Assembly: GCA_964016885.1 (NCBI GenBank)
Contig: OZ024740.1
Coordinates: 80,476,001-80,540,000, forward strand
Source: Eledone cirrhosa
Taxonomy: Eukaryota
Direction of reading: 5' to 3'
DNA length: 64,000 bases
The position numbers were made by a program, and so were the translations under genes. A model generated the notes under the pieces. That model did no database searches. It was given only the letters and a program-made list of their open reading frames with translations, and had not been told where the DNA came from. Below are positions 1 through 12,405 of this stretch, piece after piece (within the stretch, counting starts at the first letter, position 1; each line of letters opens with the position of its first letter).

Positions 1-321
1 CAGCATTTTGTTGAAAGATGGGTGAGAGAAGCAAGTATGGCCCGAATGAATGGGCCTTCTCTGAGTATGTGTCTGTAAATTAAAGGTGGAAAACTGGGAG
101 AGGGCACTTGCCCTGGTGGTCAGGGCCACTGTGGTCTTTTAATCGTCTTTCTCCACAAATGTCCCTCGGAAGTCTCCCCCCTATTGGGGAATTTTTCTTT
201 GTTATTTTATTTCATCCTCTGTTTTTTATACACGTAGAAATGCCCATTTGTACCGTCCTGTATTGTCCTGTACTGTCCTTAATGTCTACTTTATGTAAAC
301 CCTTGTGGTTAATAAAGAAAA

Positions 322-352
<31 letters not shown>
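1..352 (+). mobile_element. 3' end of a Tx1-clade LINE (family A) with (TTA)n tail
   Basis: Encodes ORF2 C-terminus ...ERWVREASMARMNGPSLSMCL*; 3' UTR nearly identical to 6047-6370 and 20415-20737; ends AATAAAGAAAAC followed by (ATT)n 323-352. Confidence 0.9.
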
Positions 353-567
353 GAATGCTATGGTTGACGGAGGCTCGGCTCTGTAAGGTATTGTAAATTT
401 TGAACGCTATAACAATTGTAAATTGTTTAAAACTTAGACCAACTTGTAGACAAAAACACCCTCCTCCTCGTGAGAGGGTCTTTCTGCCGGTTATTTGGCC
501 CTTCGGGGTTAAATAACTGCTTATTGGTGTTTTGTACCCAATATTTATTTTAAACAAAAAAAACAAC

Positions 568-2690
568 ATGGCTACGAAAAAGAATTTGCATGGGTCACTC
601 CCACTCATTCCGTCTTCTTCTTCTCCAATCGTCTCTACAGCAGAGAGAAGATTGTCTCTCTCCCTCCCTTCTTTAAATGTGTCTCTCTCCCTCCCTTCTC
701 TTTCGCAAGCGACGAAAGAAAAGAAAAGTCTCGTGCAAAGCGTGCAAGGTTTCTGCACGACGACGACGACGACAGCGACGAAACAGGTGTGCGGTAAATA
801 CGAAAACCCAGTTCATTCGTCTGACGTCAGGAATAATAGCAGTAGCAGCCGTAATAACAACAGCAACAGTGACAATAAAAACAACAGTAGCAGCCACAAC
901 AGCATCACCAGCAGCATAAACAACAACAGCATTAGCAGCAGCAACACCAACAACAACCACAGCAACAGCGGCGGAGGCAGTAGTCGTAGTACCTGCAGCA
1001 ACAACAAAAGTAACAGCAGCTCTGACGACAACAACAACAACAGCAGCAAAAAAAACTAATCTCATTTGCAGGTATTGCGAAAAACTTGGAAACAATCCTC
1101 ATAACAAATGAGGAATTAGAGGAAGCGAAGAAGATGGTGACAAAGACCGGACACCGAGCAATCTGCAAGGCAGCGGAAAAATTTTTCGAAACCCAACAGC
1201 ACTGTACGGTCACGCACCGTACAGTAAGTACAAAATCCCGTAGGGTGGAAAGAGCCACAGAGGCTCAAATACAAAAGCCTTGGGGTCTGTGTAGCAGCGG
1301 AAAACGCACATCACCCGAGGCAAAAAATATGCCACCGTAGACGTACTTTTTGCCACACCCCAGGAGGCAAAGGCCCAATCCGTAGTGACCCTAAGGAGCG
1401 AGGAAATGGTGTTGGTGCCCTCCTGCGGGCAAAAGATTGTGAGGGTCAAACTGACCCACGTCCCCCCCGGGATTGCCCCTTCTTGGCTGGCCGCGTCTGT
1501 CCTCGTCGGAATCGAGGACAAAACAACTGTACTGCAAGTACAGAAAAAAGTAAGAGAAGATTGGGTCGGCACCTCCATTGAGATTCTAATCCAAACCAAC
1601 CAGGAGTGCATCGAAGCTATCCCGGATGTGATAGACTTCGATAACGGCACTCAACTGCCCATAAGTGCTGAGGGAAAACGCCCGAAATGCTTTCGCTGTG
1701 GATCGAAGACTCACCTCAGGGCCCTCTGCAACGAGAAGACCCTGAGAAAGGAGAAAACCCCCCTCCTTCCGAAACCGGCTCCACGGCTACCAGCATCAGG
1801 ACAAGCGGCAACCAGGAACGATAGGTCCGTGGCACCCATACCCACGCCACGGAAATCAAAAAACAGCAGCAGCAGTGGAAATATTAACAACAACAACAGC
1901 AATACCAAATGCAGCTGCAACAGAGACTCCAGTGCAAACATCAACAACAACAAGTGAAAGAGTGGATCTGGTACCCCTCCCCGACCTCACAGAATCAGAC
2001 ATGGAGTGTGAGGTAGGAGAGGGATGGCAAAAGGTCGTAAGAAGGCACAAAAGCAGAAGCAGCGCATCGTCACCTTTGAAAAGGGAGGAAAGAAAAGAGA
2101 AAAGGGTAAAGTCTACTGCAAAGAGAGCCACAGCAGCAACACCACCAACACCATCACCACCCACACAAGCACCACCATCACCACCGGCGACAACCCCACC
2201 GCCAACAACACCTTCAACACCACCGCGAACAACACCTTCAACACCACCACCACAAGCACCAACATCGCAAACACAACAACAAAACACACACACCCAGCAA
2301 CAACGACAGGAAAATAGCAGAACCCCACCCCATCCCCACAAAAACAAATGCACGGCAATAAATACACACAACAAGAAACTAATGACTTATATAATTGAAC
2401 ACACAGACATTTCACAACACGACTACATAATACCAGCACCAATCAAAACGGCAACTAACATAAGACTGCTAAAAATAGCACAGAAACAATACACAAACAT
2501 TAAAACGAAATTCCCCAACGCAGTTGGTGATTTCAGGGACCTAAGAGGAACTATCAATCGAAGAGTATATTCAGACATTCTCATAGAAGAGCCGACAACC
2601 AGCCGAAGGGACGATTCAACGGTCCCTTCACCAGACGATCAAGTGAAAAGGGATGTAAAAACCATCCCTCCTCTACCAAAAGTACGGTAA
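568..2690 (+). pseudogene. Tx1 ORF1 (gag-like nucleic-acid-binding protein), frameshifted
   Basis: Pieces 532-1059, 1086-1340, 1385-1957, 1875-2690; CFRCGSKTHLRALC = CX2CX4HX4C; N/S- and P/T-rich low-complexity linkers. Confidence 0.8.
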
Positions 2691-2725
2691 GTGGTCTTTC
2701 CCAACTTTTCCACTCTACTTTAAAC

Positions 2726-5700
2726 ATGACCTCACTCAGAATAGGCAGCATAAATGCGCGTGGCTTGGGGTCATCATGGAAGCAGGGTCACCTGCTCAAC
2801 GACCTCAGGTCACTAAACATAGATGTAGTGGCCATCAGCGAGACCAGAATCTCCGAGGCACGGGCCTTCGCACCGATCTTCGGCGGCTACGATGTGTACG
2901 CATCTGCCAGCCGTCCTGGATAGGGGGAGGAGTTGCTGTGCTTATTCGGATAGGTTTGGTTCTCGCCATACGGGCCATCTTCCTGGACCCAGAGGGTAAG
3001 CTGGTGGTGCTGGACGTGACCAGCGGAGACGGGCAAGCTTTCAGGCTAGTGGCCGTCTATGCCCCGACAGGAGCAGGGCGGCCTGATTTCTTCCGGCGTC
3101 TGGAGACCTTTCTTGGAACGTCCCGCTCTTTAGTGTTAGTGGGCGACTGGAACGGGATGTTAGATGCACGCTGGGATTGTGTGGGATTAGCGGATAGGGG
3201 TGGAGGGTGCAAGAGCCTCACCAACCTGTTCAGGAGTTTTGAACTGTCTGACAGGTACCGATTGGATTTCCCGAATGTGCCAATGTGGACAAATCGCATA
3301 GGGTCATCCAGATCATATCTAGATAGAGTATTTTGTAGGGAAATAGATAGGTCTAGCATAGGCTGTCCACAATTCAAGATAGTCAGCTACACGAACCACA
3401 AATTCGTGATCTGTGTGCTTGACCTAGATAAGCGTCACAGACGAGGACCCGGCTACTGGAAGCTAAACGCGTCCTTACTAGCGCGCAAGGCCTACAGAGA
3501 CCGGATTAGCGAACTAGTTAAGCGGGCGTTGACGGGGGCCATCGTCAACAACAAGTGGTGGTTTGCTCTGAGAAGAGCGATTAGAATATAATCCATTAGG
3601 TTTAGTAAGGCTTTAGCAATAGAGAAAATAGAGCAGAGGGAGAACTAGTTAGAAAATTAGACGAGGCGCTAAGCAAAGGCATTGAGACCGACGTGTTTGC
3701 GGCGAAATTGGCCCTTGACCAATTCTTCAATGCAAAGCACGAAGGCTGCGTTGTCAGAGCTTGGGTGCGTGCTCTCAGACACGAGGGGACGAAAGCCGTT
3801 CAATGGGCCCGAGTGGCGGAGGCCCGTCGTGGCAACAAAGCCACGATCCGGTCTTTGGTGGACCACGACGGGCGCATGCTACTCTATCTTGGGCAAATGT
3901 GTGAAGCTTTTCAGCCACACTTCGCTCAGCTGTTCGGGGGCAGCGGTGGGCCGGGTCGAGGGATGGACTTTAGTGTCTACATCGACGGACTGCCGCGGCT
4001 CTCGGCCACTGAGGCGAAGTATTGCGAAAAGCCGATAACAGCCGCTGAAGTACGGGAGGCAATGACTGGCTGCACAAGGGGTAAATCGCCTGGTTTGGAT
4101 GGTCTGCCCTATGAACTTTACGTACAGATGCCAGACTTGTTCGGAGGCCTCTTGGCGGACGTCTACTGCAACTGGCAACAGAACGGGAGAATTCCCAGTT
4201 CTGTGAGCCGAGGAGCGGTGGCACTGCTGAGAAAGGATCCAAACGAGGGGGATAACATAGATAATTTCGGGCCCATAACTCTGCTAAACACAGAGTTCAA
4301 GGTGCTAGCAAAGAGGTTGGCGCTTGTCGTTGGTGGTCTGGTGGGAGAGGCGCAGACATGCGCCATTCCCGACAGATCCATCCACGACAACCTCCACCTC
4401 ATGCGTACATCGTAGAGAGGATAGCTAGGGAACCTGGCACGGGTGGGTCCTTGATCAATTTAGATCAGTCGAAAGCTTTCGATAGGGTCGACCATCGTTA
4501 CCAAGCGGCAGTCCTGAGGGCGGCTGGCTTTGGGCCCGTCTTCAGAGGCTGGATCGCTGCCATGCACAGCGACATCTGCTCTGTGGTGAGAGTGAACGGT
4601 CACCTGTCGGAACCGTTCAACATCATGCGCTCGGTCCGCCAAGGATGTCCCATCTCGTCCCTCTTATACGTATTGACTCTCGAGCCATTACTGCACAAAC
4701 TGGAGACGTTGAGGGGCATCCCGCGCGAACTAGGATGCGGAAGATCCGTGTCAGCATATGCGGACGATGTCACCGTAGTGGTGTCGAACGCCAAACACAT
4801 CGAGGCGATCGGCACTACACTAAGAGAATACGAAGCGGTGACAGGAGCAATGATCAACCAGGAAAAGTCAGTGGGCCTGCAGCTCGGCACCTGGAGAGGC
4901 AGGTCCATGCCGTCCAACAGCGTCGTCGGACGCTGGATGGACGGACCGGTTAAATTGCTAGGGGTCTGGTTCGGTCCGGACCTTCAGACGGACAAAAACT
5001 GGGCCGAGGTGACGAGCAGGGTGGCTTCTCTCACCCAGAAATGTTTGGAGAGGAAGCTATCACTGAAAGGTCGAGTGGAGGTGGCTAACGCGTACATCGC
5101 GTCCGTCATCTGCTACCGCCTGACCGTCGTACCTTGTCCTAAGCCTCGCCTGACTGCGCTGGAGCGTTTGCTCCTTCGCTTTCTGCGGAAGGGACGCGCT
5201 CCCATTGTCAGGCGGTCCATCTGTTGTCAACACCCGCTACGTGGAGGGCTGGGCATGCCGTGGCTGATGATGAGCAGGCACGCGCTCAGGCTACGACATC
5301 TCCACCTCTTCCTCGACGGTGATCAGGTGTGGTCGCCGTTTGCTAGACACTTCTTCCACCAGCTCATCTCCTTGACGGAGCTGCAGTCCTGGGTCAAGCG
5401 AAGACCGAGAGGGAGCGCTTGGAGACTGGAATGTCTTCAGGCGCTCACATCCCTCGACCAATCGGGCAATGTGATGGGTGGAAACTCCACCTTGGCGTTC
5501 TATAGAGGATTACTGGAGGGGAAGAGCGACTACGTACTTGGAGAAACTCTAGGCGTCGACAAATATCAACTAGCCAATCTCTTCGGAAGGAATTTCGGGC
5601 CGGGCCTATGGACAACTTCCAGAAATACCTGGCCTGGCAGTGCTACCGAAGAGCTTTGCCAGTTTGGCATAAACTCTACAGGCATGGAGGTGCCGTCAGT

Positions 5701-6124
5701 CGGGCATGTCTGAGGATGCGCGCAGGGTGACGAAACCGTCCTGCACGCACTCGTCCAGTGTCCGAAAATTGCTGACTTGTGGGTTTATGTCGAACACCTG
5801 CTGTCACGTGTAGGAAGGATCCAGCTATCAGCTGAGTCCATCGTGAGGATTGCCCCGCCCCCTTCCTTTACCCGGGAAGGGCAGGCAGTTTTTATCTGTC
5901 AGGTGGCCATGGCGAAAGAGATAATATAGTGGACACGTTTGAAAGGGCTGAAGACGAGCACTTACCTCTTCGGTGATGCCCTGATTAACTTTTTCAAATT
6001 TCATTTGAAAAGGAAAATCAGGGTAGAGAGGGAAGTGCTCTCTTCCCAGCATTTTGTTGAAAGATGGGTGAGAGAAGCAAGTATGGCCCGAGTGAATGGG
6101 CCTACTCTGAGTATGTGTCTGTAA
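2726..6124 (+). pseudogene. Tx1 ORF2 (APE endonuclease + reverse transcriptase + zinc finger), several frameshifts and stops
   Basis: SINARGL, ISETR, GDWN, YLDR (APE); KSPGLDG, DQSKAFD, QGCPISS, YADD (RT); ETVLHALVQC. Confidence 0.92.
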
Positions 6125-6604
6125 ATTAAAGGTGGAAAACTGGGAGAGGGCACTTGCCCTGGTGGTCAGGGTCACTGTGGCCTTTTAATGGGCTTTCTCC
6201 ACAAATGTCCCTCGGAAGTCTCCCCCCTATTGGGGAATTTTTCATTGTTATTTTTTATTACATCCTCTGTTTTTTTACACGCAGAAATGCCCATTTGTAC
6301 CGTCCTGTATTGTCCTGTACTGTCCTTAATGTCTACCTTATGTAAACCCTTGTGGTTAATAAAGAAAGCATTATTATCATTATTATTATTATTATTGGTC
6401 TAAGCGGACGTATTTTGCTCGCTCACAGTAAGACGCTTTACTTGCCTGTTTAAATTATTTGTTGATAAATATTTCTTGTTGTGTAAGGGATATAAGCCCT
6501 TAGACTTTGCCCCGTGAAGGGGAAAGTATAATATTTTAGCCTATTGGCCCAAATATTTGAACTTTTTTTTACATGTTAAAAAATTTACGAAAAAAAAAAA
6601 AAAC

Positions 6605-8574
6605 ATGGCTGAGCCACCCCCTCCCAGCGATAGGTCGGCTGTCGTGCGACAACGACGTAGAAGTTGAGAGGAGCGCTACAGCGAAATTAACACACATTGA
6701 TAACACAAACACCACCACAAACAAGGTAAACGAAGACATCAATGATACCAATAAGAACACTAATTTAAAAAAAAATGACAGTAATAGCGACAACGAAAAT
6801 ACAGATAACAAAAAAAACAAAAACAATTACAACAACAATATCAACACCACTAACATGAAAACAAATAGCGACAACACCAACAGCAACAATACCAACTGCA
6901 CCGAGAACAACGGTGGCAACAAAGACAACAATGATAACAGCGACAGTGTTAACAACAACACCAACAAGAACAACGTCAACAACACCCCCAACGAAAACAA
7001 GACCACTTTCGCTGCGGCAGCAGCAAAAAAGAGGCCATGCTTCAACATGGACCTCTCAAACAAAGATGAAAAGTTGGCCCAGGCATGGAAGCTCATCAAG
7101 CAAGAGCAAACTTAGGCCAACTTAACTGTCCCGGTAGAAGCTATTGAGGCAGTGGAGCGCAAAACGGTGCATTATAGATGCATCTCAGCATAAACCAAAA
7201 GGGCAGCGTTAATTCCACAAGAAGATGTCGAAGTCGCGCTGAGGTGCATCAAAGAAGACACCCAGTACATAGAGAGGAGCAGACAGTACGGCACCATTTC
7301 GGTGTTGTTCAAGTCAGAAGCCCTCGCTATATAACACGCTATGACTCCTTGCAAAACCAGCAAGGTCATAATGTACCCCTCCCACATGGGAAAAAGAACG
7401 ACCCGTCTTCGCATTCCCAGAATCCCACCAAGACTTGACATGTGGTGGCTTCTGGGATGTGTGATTGTGGAGGGGACGGATACAGTCCCTATAGAAGTGA
7501 CCAGAACGGCCAGAGAGGACTGGTCCGGGGTTGACCTGGAGATCCTTCTACAGATCAGGCCCGAGAAAATGAAGACAATCCCAGGCCACATCCGCCTTCA
7601 GAATGGGACTGTCATTCACATTATGACCGAAGGCAAAAGGCCGCAGTGTTTTGTTTGTGGGAAAAAAAACCCATTTGCGAGCCTTCTGCCCTCAACTGCT
7701 GAAAGACGCAAGGGGTCGAAAGGCTCCACTGCTGCCGACGCCGGGGCGAGGACCACAACCAACACCTGCACCGGCAAAACCACCAACAACAACACCAATA
7801 GAAAGACCACCACCAACATTGACCACCCAGGGGGGAAACGAGGAAAGCTGTCAAATTCCCCCTCCCCCCAAAAATACACACACCAATAAAACTTTAAACA
7901 TATATACAGACACACTACAGACACAGACCCCTCATCTACCAGTAGTGAAAATGAGGGAAATCCCAAATCCCCCAAAATACAAAAAAGGAAACACAAAAAG
8001 AGAAAAAAAACTCAACAAAGCACAAAAGCATCACAATAAAAACGCAGACACCATCCACACAAACATCTCTCCAGTAACACCAACATCAACACCACCATCA
8101 CCATCACCAGAATCCCCCAAACGCAAACAACCGAAACAGACGCAAGAACAAATATACACACAAACATCTGAGACCACAGACACCGCACTCACAACAAACA
8201 CAGATACAACCGAAACAACACTACCAAAACCATCACCACCACAGCCACGCAGACAAATAAAATCACACCAACAAAATATACAAAACTTCGTGCTCGTCAG
8301 GAGGGCCAACAAGGAGCTGATGACCCTCATAGCACGAAGTGAAAACATACAAAAAGGGGGGACATTTTTAAATCGAGCACATTTCGCGTGCCGGAGGATT
8401 TGGTTCTGGTGCGAATGTCGCTCGACATATTCAAAGAAATACGAGACAGCTTTCCTCGGGACGTGGGAACCCCGAACGTAAAACCCACTTCAAGACTTTT
8501 AAGGGGTTCCCGAAAGAAACCCCACTAACTATGGAGGTCGAACAACCCGACCTTCACAAGAGCCCGGAAGGTAA
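6605..8574 (+). pseudogene. Tx1 family B ORF1, frameshifted
   Basis: Asn-rich N-terminus; EGKRPQCFVCGKKTHLRAFC CCHC knuckle across a frameshift near 7660. Confidence 0.75.
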
Positions 8575-8609
8575 GTAAACCTTCCTCTCTCTCTGTTTAA
8601 ACTGCCAAC

Positions 8610-11600
8610 ATGGCCGTATTAAGAGTAGGATGTTTAAATGTTCGAGGCCTGGGATTGTCCTGGAAGCAGGGTCACCTGCTCAACGACCTCAGGTCTATAG
8701 AAATCGATGTAATTGCAGTCAGCGAGACCAGGATTTCCGACACGCGCGCACTAGCCTCCATTTTCGACGACTATCAGATCTTTGTATCTATTAGCCGGCC
8801 AGGAATGGGAGGCGGGGTGGCAGCGCTGTTTAGGAAAGGCCTGGATCTCGAGGTAAGGTCGATCTTCCGAGACCCGGACGGGAAGTTGGTGGTCCTGGAC
8901 GTGAACAACCAATAATGAAGGTGGTGCATTTTGACTGGTGGCCGTCTATGCTCCTACTGAGGCAGGACGGTCGGACTTCTTTAGACGCATGGAAGCCTTT
9001 CTGTGTACGTTTCGCCCTTTACTGTTAGCGGGGGACTGGAACGACATCTTAGACGCACGCTGGGACTGTGTGGGAGTATCCGATAGGAGCGGGGGTGCAA
9101 AAGCCTCAAGAACCTGATCAGCCAGTTCCAACTGTCTGACAGGTACCGACTAGATTTCCCTAATGCGCCAGTGTGGACCTGGGCTAACCGCATAGGGTCA
9201 TCTAGATCGTATATAGACAGGATATTCATTAGGAAAATAGACAGAAATAGTGTAAACTGTCCACGTTTTGAAACGGTCGCCTATTCAGATGACAAGTTTG
9301 TGATCTGTATGGTCGACCTAGATAAGACCCGTAGGTTAGGACCTGGTTACTGGAAGCTAAACATGTCATTTCCGGCACGTAAGGCTTACAGGGACCAGGT
9401 CAACAATTTAGTTAAGAAAAAGTTGACAGGGGGAGTCGTCAACGATAGATGGTGGGGGGCTCTCAAAAGAGAGATTAGAGTAATGTTGATAGAGTTTAGC
9501 AAAGAAGTAGCATTAGAGAAAAATAGAAAGGAGGGGGAGTCGGTAGATACGTTAGACGAGGCTATTGGTAGTGGCATTGCAACTGATGTGCTAGCGGCGA
9601 GAATGGCATTAGACCATTTCTTCAATGCGAAACACGAAGGTTGCATTGTCAGAGCCAAGGCGCGTGCTCTGAGAAACGAGGGAACCAAAGCTGTTCGATG
9701 GGCCTGCGTGGCAGAGGCGCAGCGTGGTAATAAAACCATGATTCGGTCTTTGATGGATCGAGACGGGCACGAGCTGAGCGATTCCAAGAGGATGTGTGAG
9801 GCCTTTCGCCAACATTTTGCTCGGTTGTTCGGGAGAAGTGGCGGGTCAGAGATGGTGGCGGACTTCAGTCCCTACCTCGATGGCTTGCCGCAACTCTCGA
9901 CGGCTGACGCTAGGCGCTGCGAAAGGCCAATTACTTCAGCCGAGATTCAGGATGCCCTTGTAGGCTGCATGAGGCGCAAGTCACCCGGTTTGGATGGTCT
10001 GCCCTACGAGCTTTACGTAAATATGCCAGACTTGTTCTCCAATCTCCTCGAAGCCCTCTACTGCAACTGGCAGCAAAACGGGAGTATTCCCAGTTCTGTG
10101 AGCCGGGGCGTAGTGACGCTGATAAGGAAAGACGAGAACAAGAGTGACACATTAGACAATTTCAGGCCCATAACTCTGCTCAACAGAGTTTAAGATTTTG
10201 GCCAGGGTGTTAGCGAAGAGGTTGGCGCTTGTCGTCGGGCATTTGGTTGGGAAGGCGCAAACTTGCGCAATCTCAACCAGGTCCATACACGACAACCTCC
10301 ACCTAATGCGATACATCATAGAGAGGGTAGGGTGTAAACCTGGCTTCTGTGGGGCGCTGATCAATTTAGATCAATGGAAAGCATTCGATAGGGTCGACCA
10401 TCGGTGCCTGGAGGCTGTCCTCAAGGCGGCTGGCTTCGGCCCCGTCTTCAGAAGCTGGATCGCTGCAATGCACAGCGGCACCTGCTCGATGGTCAAAATT
10501 AATGGCCACCTCTCGGAACCGTTTCAGGTCTCCCGATCGGTCCGTCAAGGGTGCCCTCTCTCCTCCCTTCTGTACGTATTGACTCTCGAGCCTTTACTGT
10601 GGAAGCTGGAGCTGTTGCAGGGCATCCCGCTCGAACCGGGACGCGGAAAGGCTGTGTCGGCTTATGCGGACGACATCACCGTGATGGTGTCGGACACCTC
10701 AGAAATCGAGGTGGTCGGCAACTTATTGGAGGAATATGAAAGGTTGACGGGAGCAAAACTTAACCCGGAAAAGTCAGTAGGCTTGCAACTCGGCACCTGG
10801 AGAGTCAAGTCCATGCCGTCCAACAGCGTCGTTAGGCGCTGGACGGATGGACCGGTAAAGTTGCTAGGGGTTTGGTTCGGGCCAGACCTACAGGTGGATA
10901 AGAATTGGGACGAGGTGACGGGCAGGGTAGTCAGTCTCACCCAGAAATGGGCTGGGATGAAGCTATCACTGAAAGGTCGGGCAGAGGTGGCGAACGCGTA
11001 CATCGCGTCCGTCATCTACTACCGTCTGACTGTCGTCCCTTGCCCCCGTTCGCGCCTCGCCATCTTTTAGCGGCTCCTCTTCAAATTCTTGTGGAGGGGT
11101 CAGGTTCCGCTGGTGAGGCGATCCATCTGCTGCCAGAACCCTCTACGTGGAGGGCTGGGCATGCCGTGGCTAATGATGCGCAGGCACGCGCTGAGGTTGC
11201 GGCATCTCCAGATATTCTGCCTAAACGGTGAACAGGTGTGGTCGCCGTTTGTCAGACGGGCCTTTCCGCCGCTCGTTTCTTTGACTGAGTTGCAGTCCTG
11301 GGTCAAGAAGAGACCGAGACTGGGTGACTGGCATCTGGAATGTTGCCAGGCACTCACTGCTCTCTACCAGGCGGGCAATGTGGTCAGTGGAACTTCCACT
11401 CTCGAGTTCTATAGAGGATTAGTGGTGGGAAAGTGCGACGACGCATTCGGAGAGGCTGTGGGAGTCAACGAAGTCGAACTAACCAGTCTGTACCGGAGGA
11501 CTTTTGAGCCTGGGACGATGGATAATTTCCAAAAATCCCTCGCTTGGCAGTGCTACCGGGGGGCACTGCCGGTTCGAGATAAACTCTACAGGCACGGAAG

Positions 11601-12043
11601 TGCTGTCAGACGGACCTGCCCGAGATGCGCGCACAGCGACGAAACCGTTCTGCACGCACTCGTCCAGTGTCCGTGCATTACTGACTTGTGGAGTTATGTT
11701 GAACAGCTGTTGTCGCGTGTAGAACGGATCCGGCTATCGGCCGAGTCCATAGTGAAGATCGACCAGCCGCCTTCTTTTGGCCAGGAAGGGCAGGCAATTT
11801 TCCTCTGTCTGGTGGCAGTAGCGAAAGAGGTTGAATGGTGGACGAGGTTGAAAGGACTGAAGACAGACACTTTTCTCTTCGGCCAATCCCTCATCAACCT
11901 TTTCAAGTTTCACTTGGAAAGGAAGGTGAGGGTGGAGAGAGAAGTGCTGCCCCCCCCCCCCCCCCAGTACATTTGATGAAAGGTGGGTGAATGTGGCGAG
12001 AATGGCCCGTGTGAGTGGGCCTACTCTGGTCATGCGGCTGTAG
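8610..12043 (+). pseudogene. Tx1 family B ORF2 (APE-RT-zf), disrupted
   Basis: CLNVRGL, VSETR, FRPITLLN, QGCPLSS, YADD, CPRCAHSDETVLHALVQC. Confidence 0.92.
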
Positions 12044-12405
12044 GTAGGTAAATTTGAAGAGGAGAGGGGTGCCCTTCCAGGGTGCTCTCGAAGCGTCGGG
12101 TCGTTCAGGACTTGTGGGGAACCTGAGCGAACCCTAGGTGGTCATACCCCCTATTGGGGAATTTTTTCTTGTAATTTTCTTGTTACTTTATTGTTACTTT
12201 GTTATTGTTACTTTGTTTATTCACAAATGTCCCTCGAAAGTCTCCCCCCTATTGGGGAATCTTTCTTTGTTATTTTATTACATCCTCTGTTTTTTTACAC
12301 GCAGAAATGCCCATTTATACCGTCCTGTATTGTCCTGTACTGTCCTTAATGTCTACTTTATGTAAACCCTTGTGGTTAATAAAGAAAACATTATTATTAT
12401 TATTA

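Larger units (their letters stand above)
353..6396 (+). mobile_element. Full-length Tx1-clade non-LTR retrotransposon, copy 1 (family A ORF2), decayed
   Basis: 5' UTR, ORF1 with CCHC knuckle, ORF2 with APE-RT-zf, 3' UTR; flanked on both sides by (TTA)n. Confidence 0.9.
6397..12405 (+). mobile_element. Full-length Tx1-clade LINE, copy 2 (divergent family B), decayed
   Basis: Same architecture with distinct 5' UTR/ORF1 and a more divergent ORF2; bounded by (TTA)n 6370-6396 and 12390-12405. Confidence 0.9.

Noticed and set aside
532-2442. Many overlapping ORFs rich in N, S, T, L, V, C
   Set aside because: Alternative frames of AAC/AGC/ACC low-complexity tracts in Tx1 ORF1
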